Virus record (IMG/VR): IMGVR_UViG_3300021425_003554
Source of the DNA: a virus
Lineage: Duplodnaviria > Caudoviricetes
Length of the DNA: 64,000 nucleotides
Direction: 5' to 3' (one strand)
The position numbers and the translations under genes are program-made. Below, in pieces: positions 1 to 8,897 of the stretch (the stretch's first letter is position 1; each line of letters starts with the position of its first letter). Below the pieces are notes generated by a model. That model was not told the DNA's origin. It saw only the letters and a program-made list of their open reading frames with translations, and made no database searches.

Positions 1-23
1 TCTTAGAGATTTTCCAGACGGAG

Positions 24-52
24 TTGACCAATCTAAATAAACATAGTATTAT
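24..52 (+). promoter_or_regulatory. sigma70-type promoter, putative leaderless transcript for queE
   Basis: TTGACC(24-29)-17 nt-TATTAT(47-52), then 6 nt to ATG at 59; no SD sequence. Confidence 0.6.
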
Positions 53-58
53 TATATA

Positions 59-952
59 ATGGAAAAAAAATATTATTATTCAGAGATATTCTATTCGATA
101 CAAGGCGAAGGACATTATACCGGTATTCCCACTGCTTGGATACGTTTCTTCTTGTGTAATCTACAGTGCAACGGATTTGGACAATTAAATCCAACCAATC
201 CAGACACTTATGAATTGCCATTTGAAGAGTTTGATGTTTCTACTGTGACAAGAGTAGAGGATTTACCTGTATGGAATAAAGGATGTGATTCGTCATATAC
301 TTGGGCAAAAAAATATAAACATTTAATGGGTCAGGCTACTGCATCGGAACTAGCAGACAAAGTCATTGATATATTAAAAAATGATTCTAATCCAACAGGA
401 TCGTTTCTGCATCCTGTGTCTAGGCAACAACAACATCTTTGTATCACAGGTGGGGAACCACTTATGCCTCAGTCTCAAAAAGCATTTATAGAAGTCTACA
501 AAGAACTAGTGAAAAGAAATAACATACCGGAATCTATTACATTTGAAACTAACGGCACACAAAAACTCACAGATGAATTTAAAGAACTTGTTAGAACTAT
601 AGATACAGAGATATTTTTTTCAATATCACCTAAACTATGGACCGTAGCCGGAGAAAAACGAGAAAAAGCAATAAGGCCTGATATAGTCAAGGAATACAGA
701 GAATTATCATTACAAGGACAACTAAAATTTGTTCTAGGCAACAAAGACGAACAATGGAATGAAATGGAAGAGGTTCTGAAACTGTTTAGATCGACAGGTA
801 TCGATTATCCTGTATGGATCATGCCAGTGGGTGCTAGGGAAGAAGAACAGTCAGCAACAGCAGGTGAAGTGGCAAAAAGAGCCTTCCAGAGAGGATATAA
901 TGTGGCGGCAAGAGTACACGTTCACTTGTTTGGTAATGCTATTGGAACATAA
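59..952 (+). CDS. queE: 7-carboxy-7-deazaguanine synthase QueE-like radical SAM enzyme
   Basis: SEIFYSIQGEG N-terminus, CNLQC...GCD cluster motif with a 38-aa insertion, ITGGEP, FETNGT, SISPK, C-terminal RVHVHLFG. Confidence 0.85.
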   Translation: MEKKYYYSEIFYSIQGEGHYTGIPTAWIRFFLCNLQCNGFGQLNPTNPDTYELPFEEFDVSTVTRVEDLPVWNKGCDSSYTWAKKYKHLMGQATASELADKVIDILKNDSNPTGSFLHPVSRQQQHLCITGGEPLMPQSQKAFIEVYKELVKRNNIPESITFETNGTQKLTDEFKELVRTIDTEIFFSISPKLWTVAGEKREKAIRPDIVKEYRELSLQGQLKFVLGNKDEQWNEMEEVLKLFRSTGIDYPVWIMPVGAREEEQSATAGEVAKRAFQRGYNVAARVHVHLFGNAIGT

Positions 953-953
953 T

Positions 954-982
954 TTGACAATAAACAAAAAAATATATATAAT
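954..982 (+). promoter_or_regulatory. consensus sigma70 promoter, leaderless
   Basis: TTGACA(954-959)-17 nt-TATAAT(977-982), then 6 nt to ATG at 989. Confidence 0.8.
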
Positions 983-988
983 ATAGAT

Positions 989-1306
989 ATGAAAGTTAAA
1001 AAAACTACAAAAAGTAAAAAAACTAAAAAAGACAAAAACAAAAGCGAAGAACCATGGGTCAAAGTATTGAACATGAATGTCAATCCGGAGAATCCTAAGA
1101 ATGGTTTTTTCGAGTTGGATTGGAATGACGAATTTGTGAATATGTTGAAGCAGAATGGTTACACAGGAGAATCACAGGAAGAGATAGTAGATCGTTGGTT
1201 TCAATCTCTTTGTAGAACAATCGGCAATGAACAAGGTATGGATATTACCGGAGCCGGATATGTTCAGATCAACAGACGAGACGACGGCAAAACCGAAGTA
1301 TCGTAA
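989..1306 (+). CDS. phage hypothetical protein
   Basis: 105-aa ORF directly behind a consensus promoter; Lys-rich N-terminus, FFELDWNDEF motif. Confidence 0.75.
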   Translation: MKVKKTTKSKKTKKDKNKSEEPWVKVLNMNVNPENPKNGFFELDWNDEFVNMLKQNGYTGESQEEIVDRWFQSLCRTIGNEQGMDITGAGYVQINRRDDGKTEVS

Positions 1307-1307
1307 A

Positions 1308-2249
1308 GTGGATCCACAAGTTTATATCTTTAATAGTGCAGGGTGTCATGGTCATTATTTGACATATCTAATTGATCGTCTGAGTAGGAAAACACCGGAA
1401 CTGAAAGAACTTCCATTTAATAGTTTAGGAAACTCCCATCTCAAAGTAAATTACTCAGGGTTTTCTCAATATGTTGATTCTCATAAACACACTGGGGTTG
1501 GTCTTTCAAATCAAAATATAATAAAACTTGTTTTTACAAATGATGTACTGTATTATGAACGGGCGGCCATGAACAGAGCCGAGGATTCGGATAGAGATAT
1601 CAACAACATAAACAAAGACATATCGTTTTTAAAACAATATAACTTAGAATTTTATAACAAGATTCGTGAACTGTACTCTATAAAAAATGACAACGTGCCC
1701 AAATGGCTGTTGCGTGACGCATTCAAAATAGGATTCTTGGATTGGAAAAGTCAGGGTAGTGTGAAAAGAGATAGAGAACAAATCATATGGATGAATGAAA
1801 ATTTCAAAAATAACAAATTGCACTTTACCCACGTGAATGTATTTTTTAGTTACGAATCTTTAAAAACAGAATTAGAAGAACTAGATAAAAAATTTGATTT
1901 AGATTTAAATTTTGAGGAATTAGAAATGCTCTACAACGAGTTTTCAAAGAGAAATAAAATATTACATTCACATAGAAATACGGACATGGTGTTAAATGCT
2001 GTACGTGATCACAAAGATATTTCCATTCCAAATTTGGATATAATACAACAGGCCTATGTTTATGCCCAACTAGAAAAATTACATAGATTTATAGTGATGC
2101 CAATGACTGACTATTTTTTTACGACTACCGGTGAAATATTGGATTTTGTAAATCTATATCCCCAACACTATAAAGCAATGAACCCTAATTTACCAACATT
2201 CAATAACATACCCAATCCGTTCTTTTTACATAGACAGAATAAAAAATAA
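1308..2249 (+). CDS. hypothetical protein (possible sulfotransferase-like fold)
   Basis: ORF track gives 1227-2249, but a GTG at 1308, just after the upstream stop at 1306, is the likelier start; N-terminal IFNSAGCHGHYL strand-loop-helix; function unsupported. Confidence 0.6.
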   Translation: MDPQVYIFNSAGCHGHYLTYLIDRLSRKTPELKELPFNSLGNSHLKVNYSGFSQYVDSHKHTGVGLSNQNIIKLVFTNDVLYYERAAMNRAEDSDRDINNINKDISFLKQYNLEFYNKIRELYSIKNDNVPKWLLRDAFKIGFLDWKSQGSVKRDREQIIWMNENFKNNKLHFTHVNVFFSYESLKTELEELDKKFDLDLNFEELEMLYNEFSKRNKILHSHRNTDMVLNAVRDHKDISIPNLDIIQQAYVYAQLEKLHRFIVMPMTDYFFTTTGEILDFVNLYPQHYKAMNPNLPTFNNIPNPFFLHRQNKK

Positions 2250-2259
2250 ATGTTATAAT
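2231..2259 (+). promoter_or_regulatory. sigma70-type promoter with extended -10, leaderless
   Basis: TAGACA(2231-2236)-17 nt-TATAAT(2254-2259), TG at 2251-2252, then 6 nt (ACTATT) to ATG at 2266. Confidence 0.7.
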
Positions 2260-2265
2260 ACTATT

Positions 2266-3252
2266 ATGACTCACATATTAGTAGACACTGCCAATACTTT
2301 CTTTAGAGCTCGACACGTTTTCCGTGGAGATACTTCTGAGAAAATTGGTATGGCTATACATATCACATTAAATTCTATCAAAAAAGCATGGAATGATTTT
2401 GATGGTTCTCATCTTATATTTTGCCTGGAAGGACGTAGTTGGCGTAAAGATTATTATCCTCCATACAAAAGAAATAGAAAAGAAACAGTGGATGCGATGT
2501 CTCCTACCGAACAAGAAGAAAATAAAGTGTTCTGGGAATGTTATGATGATTTTTGTGACTTCATAAAAACAAAAACAAATGCAACTGTTTTACAAAACTC
2601 ACAAGTAGAAGCCGACGACTTGATTGCTAGATGGATTGATAGAAATCCTGATAAAAAATGTGTCATAATTAGTACCGACAAAGATCTAAACCAATTAATA
2701 AATCAAAATGTTTCTCAATATAACGGTATCACTGAAGAAACTATGAAGATAGACGGTGTGTTTGATAAAAAAGGAAATCCAGTCATTGACAAGAAAACAA
2801 AACAACCCAAAAAATTAGACGAAAAAGAATGGATGCTATTTCAGAAGGCAATGAGAGGTGACCCATCGGACAATATTTTTTCAGCATATCCTGGTGTACG
2901 TACCAAAGGAACAAAAAACAAAATTGGATTAACGGAAGCATTCGCGGACAGAGAAGCAAAAGGTTATACTTGGAATAATCTAATGTTAAGCAAATGGGTG
3001 GATGCAGACGGCAAAGAACACAGGGTATTAGACGATTACACAAGGAATATGCAACTAGTGGACCTACACGCACAACCTGAAAACATAATACAAGAATTAG
3101 ATCAAACAATAGATCAGGCCAGAGCAGATAATAAACAAATTTCACAAGTAGGAGTACGATTTATGAAATTTTGTGCCAAATACGACCTACAAAAAATTAC
3201 AGAACAAGCACAATTATATGTAGAACCCTTCAACGCGGTGCTCAATGAATAA
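2266..3252 (+). CDS. rnh: T4 RNase H-like 5'-3' exonuclease (FEN family)
   Basis: LVDTAN, EGRSWRKDYYPPYKRNR, EADDLIA, STDKDL and GDPSDNI acidic motifs of the 5' nuclease family. Confidence 0.9.
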   Translation: MTHILVDTANTFFRARHVFRGDTSEKIGMAIHITLNSIKKAWNDFDGSHLIFCLEGRSWRKDYYPPYKRNRKETVDAMSPTEQEENKVFWECYDDFCDFIKTKTNATVLQNSQVEADDLIARWIDRNPDKKCVIISTDKDLNQLINQNVSQYNGITEETMKIDGVFDKKGNPVIDKKTKQPKKLDEKEWMLFQKAMRGDPSDNIFSAYPGVRTKGTKNKIGLTEAFADREAKGYTWNNLMLSKWVDADGKEHRVLDDYTRNMQLVDLHAQPENIIQELDQTIDQARADNKQISQVGVRFMKFCAKYDLQKITEQAQLYVEPFNAVLNE

Positions 3253-3658
3253 TCTATATCTTTTTCCTGCATTGCTATTTCCGGTCATACCGTTGATGAT
3301 GATCAGTTTTGGAAATAGATATACTGCTATGTCCACTCTAATCAGAAAATTACACGACGATTTTATAAAACAGAAAAAGAAATTATCAAAAAAGTCCAAG
3401 GAACGTACATTGGCCGAAATAAAAATACTCACGACCAGATTAAAAATTAATCGTTATGTACAAACCCTGGGAGGATTAGCACTTGCTCTCAATCTCTTGG
3501 CTATTTTTTGTTTATATAAACAAAATGATGAGATGTTCTATTGGGTTTTTGGTACAGCATTAGGATTTTTTACAGTGTCGATACTGTTATTTGTGGCAGA
3601 ATTACAGGTTTCTGTACTTGCTTTGAAAAAACATCTTGAAGATTTAGGAGATTTATAA
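3245..3658 (+). CDS. small membrane protein, DUF2721-like
   Basis: PALLFPVIPLMMISFGNRY N-terminus and three hydrophobic segments; family recognised from memory. Confidence 0.6.
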   Translation: MNNLYLFPALLFPVIPLMMISFGNRYTAMSTLIRKLHDDFIKQKKKLSKKSKERTLAEIKILTTRLKINRYVQTLGGLALALNLLAIFCLYKQNDEMFYWVFGTALGFFTVSILLFVAELQVSVLALKKHLEDLGDL

Positions 3659-3664
3659 TAAAAT
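3636..3664 (+). promoter_or_regulatory. sigma70-type promoter, leaderless
   Basis: TTGAAG(3636-3641)-17 nt-TAAAAT(3659-3664), then 6 nt (ACTATT, same as at 2260-2265) to ATG at 3671. Confidence 0.55.
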
Positions 3665-3670
3665 ACTATT

Positions 3671-4183
3671 ATGACAATTAATGCAAAAACACTGATAAAA
3701 GACAAATTTTGGATCGTGGAAAGCAACGGTCACAAATTGGGCACTTTACAAAAAGAAGACACCAATGGTTGGATATTTCTAGGTAAAAATCAAGGAAAGG
3801 AAGTATTTCATACAAAAGATAGTTTATATAAAAAATTTGGTGAAAAACTTTTTTCCAGTGACATAACAATACCTAGTGATGTTGAATCCGAGAACACTGA
3901 CACAAATTGGGAAGTACACGGATTTCCTGTAAATCAAAAACCTTTCAACCCAATATTTGACGTGCAAAAAAAATTACCAATATATACAAAAGCAAAAAAA
4001 AGTAAAAGCCAATTTTGTGCAGGGTACTACATAATAGACTTTCCTAAAGGATGGCGTAAAGCATACTGTCCAAAATTGATTACATTGCAAAGATATGATT
4101 TTAAAGGACCTATAAAAACAAAAATTGAGATGCAACAGATTTTGAACAATGCAATCAAAGAGAACATATCAGCCAATATTTGA
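3671..4183 (+). CDS. phage hypothetical protein
   Basis: 170-aa ORF; C-terminal SQFCAGYY..F..GW...CPKLITL motif. Confidence 0.75.
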   Translation: MTINAKTLIKDKFWIVESNGHKLGTLQKEDTNGWIFLGKNQGKEVFHTKDSLYKKFGEKLFSSDITIPSDVESENTDTNWEVHGFPVNQKPFNPIFDVQKKLPIYTKAKKSKSQFCAGYYIIDFPKGWRKAYCPKLITLQRYDFKGPIKTKIEMQQILNNAIKENISANI

Positions 4184-4763
4184 TTTTGAATCTGCCCTAG
4201 CAGATTACACAGGTGCTCCTTATGTGGTGGCCACCGATGGATGTACACACTCCATAATGCTCGCAATGAAATTGTATGGTGTTAAAAAATGTGAGTGTAC
4301 AGCATTTACGTATCTTTCAGTTATACAAGCATTACAACACATCCACGTGGACTACACACTGACAGACGAACAATGGATAGGAGAATATCAATTCCATTCC
4401 ACTAACATATGGGATTCTGCTAGAAAATTAGAACCGAAGATGTATAGAAAAAATCAAATACAATGTTTGAGTTTTGGAATAAACAAACCGATGAGTATAG
4501 GAAAAGTTGGTGCTATCTTGCTAGATGATGAAAAAGCATATGTAGAATTGAGTAAGATGAGAGCCGATGGCAGAGATTTGAAAACTTATCCATTGACAGG
4601 AGCAACCGAGTGGAGTGAACAACAACAATTTAAAAACGGTTATCATTTTTGTCCCACACTGGATGATTGCACACGTGGGATAGAAATGCTCAAGTCACAC
4701 AAACCAGAAAGTCAACAAATAATATATCCCGACTGCCGAAAATTAGTGATAAGTACAGAATAA
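4149..4763 (+). CDS. truncated/minimal DegT/DnrJ/EryC1/StrS PLP aminotransferase-like protein
   Basis: FESALADYTGAPYVVATDGCT N-terminus, WDSA (PLP-binding Asp position), SFGINK (Schiff-base Lys); only 204 aa. Confidence 0.7.
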   Translation: MQSKRTYQPIFDFESALADYTGAPYVVATDGCTHSIMLAMKLYGVKKCECTAFTYLSVIQALQHIHVDYTLTDEQWIGEYQFHSTNIWDSARKLEPKMYRKNQIQCLSFGINKPMSIGKVGAILLDDEKAYVELSKMRADGRDLKTYPLTGATEWSEQQQFKNGYHFCPTLDDCTRGIEMLKSHKPESQQIIYPDCRKLVISTE

Positions 4764-4764
4764 T

Positions 4765-5007
4765 ATGTCCAAAATACAAACACAACCCATTGAAGAATTT
4801 ATCAGTAGAGTCAAGAGCTCCAAACAAAGACAAGAAAAAATGCTGTCTCTGTCCCTACAGGATGCCGAACGTTTATCTAACAGTTTAAGCCAGGTCATGA
4901 CACGACTTGTTTCTGTACAAGAAGAGATAATCGAAGCATTAAAGACAGCCAAAGAAGCACAAACCGTTTCGATTGAGATGGACGGCGGAACTTTCGATAA
5001 CAAATAA
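4765..5007 (+). CDS. hypothetical protein, helical
   Basis: 80-aa ORF tightly packed in the operon. Confidence 0.65.
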   Translation: MSKIQTQPIEEFISRVKSSKQRQEKMLSLSLQDAERLSNSLSQVMTRLVSVQEEIIEALKTAKEAQTVSIEMDGGTFDNK

Positions 5008-5059
5008 GCATCTATCAACAATCTGTACTGTATAATTTTTGGTAAATACAGTTACTATT

Positions 5060-5347
5060 ATGAGCAGACCAAAACCCACAGTGCTGTTAACCATCAGCAA
5101 TAAAGAGACCTACAAGCAAGAAGAAGTCCTTGCGGCAGAGGGCATATGGGCAGTGTTTTACGATGGCAAACCGATCAATCTAAAGTCGAGCAGTTTGGTA
5201 TCTAACTACCCAGGTCCCAAGTACAAAAAGGTAAGTTTTTCCAATCCGGGTCATGCAGAGAACTTGGCAAAAAAGTTGAACGCACAGCATAAGACCGACA
5301 AGTTTGGTGTGTATCTATTAAAGACCGGCGAAATATTCAAACGATAA
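5060..5347 (+). CDS. phage hypothetical protein
   Basis: ORF 5039-5347; ATG at 5060 (MSRPKPT) is the likelier start, preceded by GGTAAATA; YPGPKYKKVSFSNPGHA motif. Confidence 0.7.
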   Translation: MSRPKPTVLLTISNKETYKQEEVLAAEGIWAVFYDGKPINLKSSSLVSNYPGPKYKKVSFSNPGHAENLAKKLNAQHKTDKFGVYLLKTGEIFKR

Positions 5348-5355
5348 TTAAGTGT

Positions 5356-5751
5356 ATGGACACTAAGACTGCCTACACTCGCACATTCATGGAACTATTG
5401 AAATTGCCCATGCACGACGAGAGTGTGAAAAATCATTACTACACCTGGTGGCAAAATGTGAGAGAATCCTATCAAGCACGATCTTTGAGGCTCACCAAAG
5501 AAGGTTTAAAAATGCTGGAAAAATTAGACATCAAAACCTACACCATCAAATTCCCCGACAAGATCATATTCACACCACAGACCTATCTTTGGTTGGATGA
5601 ATTCGTAGATTGTCCATATTTTGTTGACAAGAAACAAATACACGTGACCATGGAAAAAATGGCTTTACAACTGATGATGTTCGCTGGAGATATCACCAAA
5701 TATGGTCTTGCCCGTGCAATGAGCAAGATTGACGATCAAAAAAGCCAGTAA
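5356..5751 (+). CDS. hypothetical protein
   Basis: 131-aa ORF in the operon. Confidence 0.7.
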   Translation: MDTKTAYTRTFMELLKLPMHDESVKNHYYTWWQNVRESYQARSLRLTKEGLKMLEKLDIKTYTIKFPDKIIFTPQTYLWLDEFVDCPYFVDKKQIHVTMEKMALQLMMFAGDITKYGLARAMSKIDDQKSQ

Positions 5752-5770
5752 AACTGCGACTTCTGTGCGG

Positions 5771-5798
5771 TTGACCTATAATATATTTCTGTTATAAT
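5771..5798 (+). promoter_or_regulatory. sigma70-type promoter for the AAA/VWA operon
   Basis: TTGACC(5771-5776)-16 nt-TATAAT(5793-5798) with TG extension; AGGAG SD at 5820-5824. Confidence 0.65.
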
Positions 5799-5832
5799 GA
5801 TACTATACAACATTTAAACAGGAGTGTACTAA

Positions 5833-6942
5833 ATGGTAAGACCAAATAAAAACAACAAAGAAGCAACAATAGGCAGTCAAAATAGAACTGTCACACCAAA
5901 CGAGGCAAAAGCGGCATTGTCGCATTGTTTGAAATTACAAAGACCCCTAATGATGTGGGGTGCACCGGGTATTGGTAAATCAGATATCGTTAAACAGATA
6001 GGCCAAGAACAAGATAGGCAAGTAATAGATATCAGATTACCATTATGGGAACCCACAGATATCAAAGGTATTCCTTATTATAACGCCAAAGAAAACAACA
6101 TGGTTTGGGCGGCACCGGCAGAATTGCCCACTGATCCTAAATCTAAAGCAATCATATTTTTAGATGAGTTGAACTCGGCGGCGCCGGCTGTACAGGCGGC
6201 GGCCTATCAATTGATCTTGAACAGAAGAGTAGGACAATACAAGTTACCGGATGGCGTTGCGATCGTTGCCGCGGGTAACAGAGATGCCGACAAGGGTGTC
6301 ACATACAGGATGCCAGCACCGTTGGCAAATAGATTTGTACACGTAGAATTGAGAGTGGATTATGACGATTGGATGACATGGGCCACGAACAACACTGTTC
6401 ATCCAGATGTTGTCGGTTATGTCACATTCGCAAAACAAGATTTATATGACTTTGACCCTAGAGGAGCATCAAGATCGTTCGCTACTCCTAGAAGTTGGAG
6501 TTTTGTATCAGAACTTCTATCTGATGACCTGCCTGAAAGTACGCTCACTGACCTCGTTGCAGGCGCAGTAGGAGAAGGGTTGGCCGTGAAATTTATGAAT
6601 CATCGTAAAATCAGCGGCCAACTACCTAATCCGTCAGATATATTATCAGGTAAAGTAAAAGACTTAAAATGCAAAGAAGTTTCAGCAATGTATTCTTTGA
6701 CTGTGAGTTTGTGTTATGAATTAAGACAGGCACACGAAAAGAAAGACAAGAACTGGAACGAACTAGCAGATAGATTTTTCAACTATATGATGGACAACTT
6801 TGAAACTGAGTTGGTTGTTATGGGTGCCAAGATTGCTCTGACAAACTATCAATTGCCATTCGATCCTAGCAAGTTGAAATCATTCGATAGGTTCCATAAG
6901 AAGTTTGGCAAGTATGTCATAACTGCTATGGAGTCTAAATAA
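5833..6942 (+). CDS. MoxR-family AAA+ ATPase
   Basis: Walker A GAPGIGKS, Walker B IIFLDELN, sensor AAGN, arginine finger PLANRF. Confidence 0.88.
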   Translation: MVRPNKNNKEATIGSQNRTVTPNEAKAALSHCLKLQRPLMMWGAPGIGKSDIVKQIGQEQDRQVIDIRLPLWEPTDIKGIPYYNAKENNMVWAAPAELPTDPKSKAIIFLDELNSAAPAVQAAAYQLILNRRVGQYKLPDGVAIVAAGNRDADKGVTYRMPAPLANRFVHVELRVDYDDWMTWATNNTVHPDVVGYVTFAKQDLYDFDPRGASRSFATPRSWSFVSELLSDDLPESTLTDLVAGAVGEGLAVKFMNHRKISGQLPNPSDILSGKVKDLKCKEVSAMYSLTVSLCYELRQAHEKKDKNWNELADRFFNYMMDNFETELVVMGAKIALTNYQLPFDPSKLKSFDRFHKKFGKYVITAMESK

Positions 6943-8174
6943 TGTCAGACGCAAGAATCATAGACAAACTGGTAACGGCAAGAATCGCTCTGTTATTGAA
7001 GCAACCATTTTTTGGTAATCTTGCCACTAGACTAAAGATAGTCAATGCCGATGACTGGTGCCCGACAGCGGCCACAGATGGTAGATACTTCTACTATAAC
7101 ACTAAATTTATTGATTCGTTGACTCCCAGAGAAACTGAATTTTTATTTGGTCATGAGGTACTTCATTGTGTGTTTGATCATTTTCAATCAAGAGCACAAA
7201 AAAGAGATCCTCAAATTTGGAATATCGCGGCGGATTATGCCGTGAACCAAATTTTAGTTGAAAGTCATATTGGTGAGATGCCCAAAGACACCAAAGGTAA
7301 AGACAAAGGATTCCAAGACGACAAGTACAAAGATTGGCCTGCAGAAAAAATCTACGACGAAATATACAAAAAGGCCAAAAAGAACGGCAAAAAAATGTTA
7401 GAAGAATTAGGACAGTTGTTGGATGAACACATAGACTGGAACAAGGATTCTACCGATGGATCTGGAAAAGAAAACAAAGACAGCAAAGGCAAAGGCAAAG
7501 CACCAAAATATACCAAGGAAGAATTGAAAAAAATCAAAGACGAAATCAAAGAAGCAATGGTGTCGGCCGCACAGTCAACAGGTACAGGTAATCTACCAGG
7601 TGCTTTGCAAAGGTTAATAAAAAATCTTACAGAACCCAAGATGGACTGGAGAGAGATTATACAACAACAGATCGTTAGCACTATGAAATCCGATTACACA
7701 TTCATGAAGCCCAGTAGAAGAAGTTGGCATATGGATGCCGTATTGCCGGGTATGTTAAACACCGATAAGATAGATATATGTTTGGCCATTGATGCTTCTG
7801 GTTCAATATCAGAAGAACAATGTAAAGAATTTTTATCTGAAGTAAAAGGTATAATGGATCAATACAAAGATTTTACAATACATCTTTGGACATTTGACAC
7901 AGAAGTTTTCAATCCAAAGGTGTTCACTCCGGATAACGCAGACGAGATAGAAGACTATGTGTTAGGTTCAGGAGGTGGTACGGAGTTTGAATGTAATTGG
8001 AGATATATGAAGGATGAAGGTATAGAACCTAAAAAATTTATCATGTTCACAGACGGTTGGCCTTTCGATAGTTGGGGCGACGAAGACTACTGTGATACAG
8101 TATTTTTGATCAACAATCCATATGAGAAAAACATCGAGGCTCCTTTCGGACTAACGGTGCAATACAATGATTGA
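6942..8174 (+). CDS. DUF2201-type metallopeptidase-like (HExxH) plus VWA domain protein
   Basis: PTAATDG, GHEVLH zinc motif, WNIAADY, Lys-rich linker, C-terminal MIDAS DASGS...GGGT...FTDG. Confidence 0.85.
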   Translation: MSDARIIDKLVTARIALLLKQPFFGNLATRLKIVNADDWCPTAATDGRYFYYNTKFIDSLTPRETEFLFGHEVLHCVFDHFQSRAQKRDPQIWNIAADYAVNQILVESHIGEMPKDTKGKDKGFQDDKYKDWPAEKIYDEIYKKAKKNGKKMLEELGQLLDEHIDWNKDSTDGSGKENKDSKGKGKAPKYTKEELKKIKDEIKEAMVSAAQSTGTGNLPGALQRLIKNLTEPKMDWREIIQQQIVSTMKSDYTFMKPSRRSWHMDAVLPGMLNTDKIDICLAIDASGSISEEQCKEFLSEVKGIMDQYKDFTIHLWTFDTEVFNPKVFTPDNADEIEDYVLGSGGGTEFECNWRYMKDEGIEPKKFIMFTDGWPFDSWGDEDYCDTVFLINNPYEKNIEAPFGLTVQYND

Positions 8175-8547
8175 TAGCACGATATATAGAATAATACAAT
8201 ATATGTTACCTGAATTGTTTGATGAAAATAAAGCATTTCGAGGTGGGCTACCCAAAGTAACTAGATTTCAAATACTGATGGTGCTGGCGACCATGTGGGC
8301 TTTTATATTTGCCCTAATCACACAGAGTTTCATCAGCATAGGAGTTAATGTGACCACCAGCATTATTGCACACGCATTGGTGATAGGTGGCATCATATTC
8401 ACTAAAAAGAATCTAAATATTGATTACAAATTCGATTCATACCACAGTGTAGGTAGACAGAGAGGTTACGTCTGGGCAAGAGACAAGCAAGGTAGATTAT
8501 ACAAGGTAGCACTAGATCCAACAGATCCCGGAGGAGAACACGAATGA
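8167..8547 (+). CDS. small membrane protein, hypothetical
   Basis: two hydrophobic helices (QILMVLATMWAFIFAL; IIAHALVIGGIIF). Confidence 0.65.
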   Translation: MIDSTIYRIIQYMLPELFDENKAFRGGLPKVTRFQILMVLATMWAFIFALITQSFISIGVNVTTSIIAHALVIGGIIFTKKNLNIDYKFDSYHSVGRQRGYVWARDKQGRLYKVALDPTDPGGEHE

Positions 8548-8807
8548 GGATTAATCCAAAAAATTTTCATCAAAGAAAACTAGATAAAATACCACCGTAT
8601 TTTGTCACATTAAAAATGGATTGGAAAAACGAAGGACAATTGGAGTTTTTATCTAGATGGATTTACCAAAATTGTTTTGGTCGATTTGCTTTCAGTGACA
8701 TATCCGATTATGAAAATTCAAAAGATGAAGTGAAACATCGTACATTGGTTGGTTTTGAAGAACCAAGCGATCTTACCTTATTTGCCTTAAGTGGTAAAAG
8801 CTCGTAA
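8544..8807 (+). CDS. hypothetical protein
   Basis: 87-aa ORF with ATGA overlap on the upstream gene. Confidence 0.65.
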   Translation: MRINPKNFHQRKLDKIPPYFVTLKMDWKNEGQLEFLSRWIYQNCFGRFAFSDISDYENSKDEVKHRTLVGFEEPSDLTLFALSGKSS

Positions 8808-8825
8808 AAAATTTTTCTAACACCG

Positions 8826-8855
8826 TTGACAGTCATAATTACATAATAGTATAAT
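8826..8855 (+). promoter_or_regulatory. sigma70-type promoter
   Basis: TTGACA(8826-8831)-18 nt-TATAAT(8850-8855); AGGAG SD at 8888-8892. Confidence 0.65.
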
Positions 8856-8869
8856 ATACGTATATTATA
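8850..8869. repeat. perfect 20-bp palindrome overlapping the -10 box (operator candidate)
   Basis: TATAATATAC|GTATATTATA read directly from the sequence. Confidence 0.85.
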
Positions 8870-8897
8870 ATATTAATTGCAATTATTAGGAGAACAA

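Noticed and set aside
1-40. Possible 3' end of an upstream gene (…LRDFPDGVDQSK*)
   Set aside because: Too short to support a call
5752-5772. Possible hairpin AACTGCG...TGCGGTT before the AAA promoter as a terminator
   Set aside because: The stem needs G-U pairs and has no U-tract
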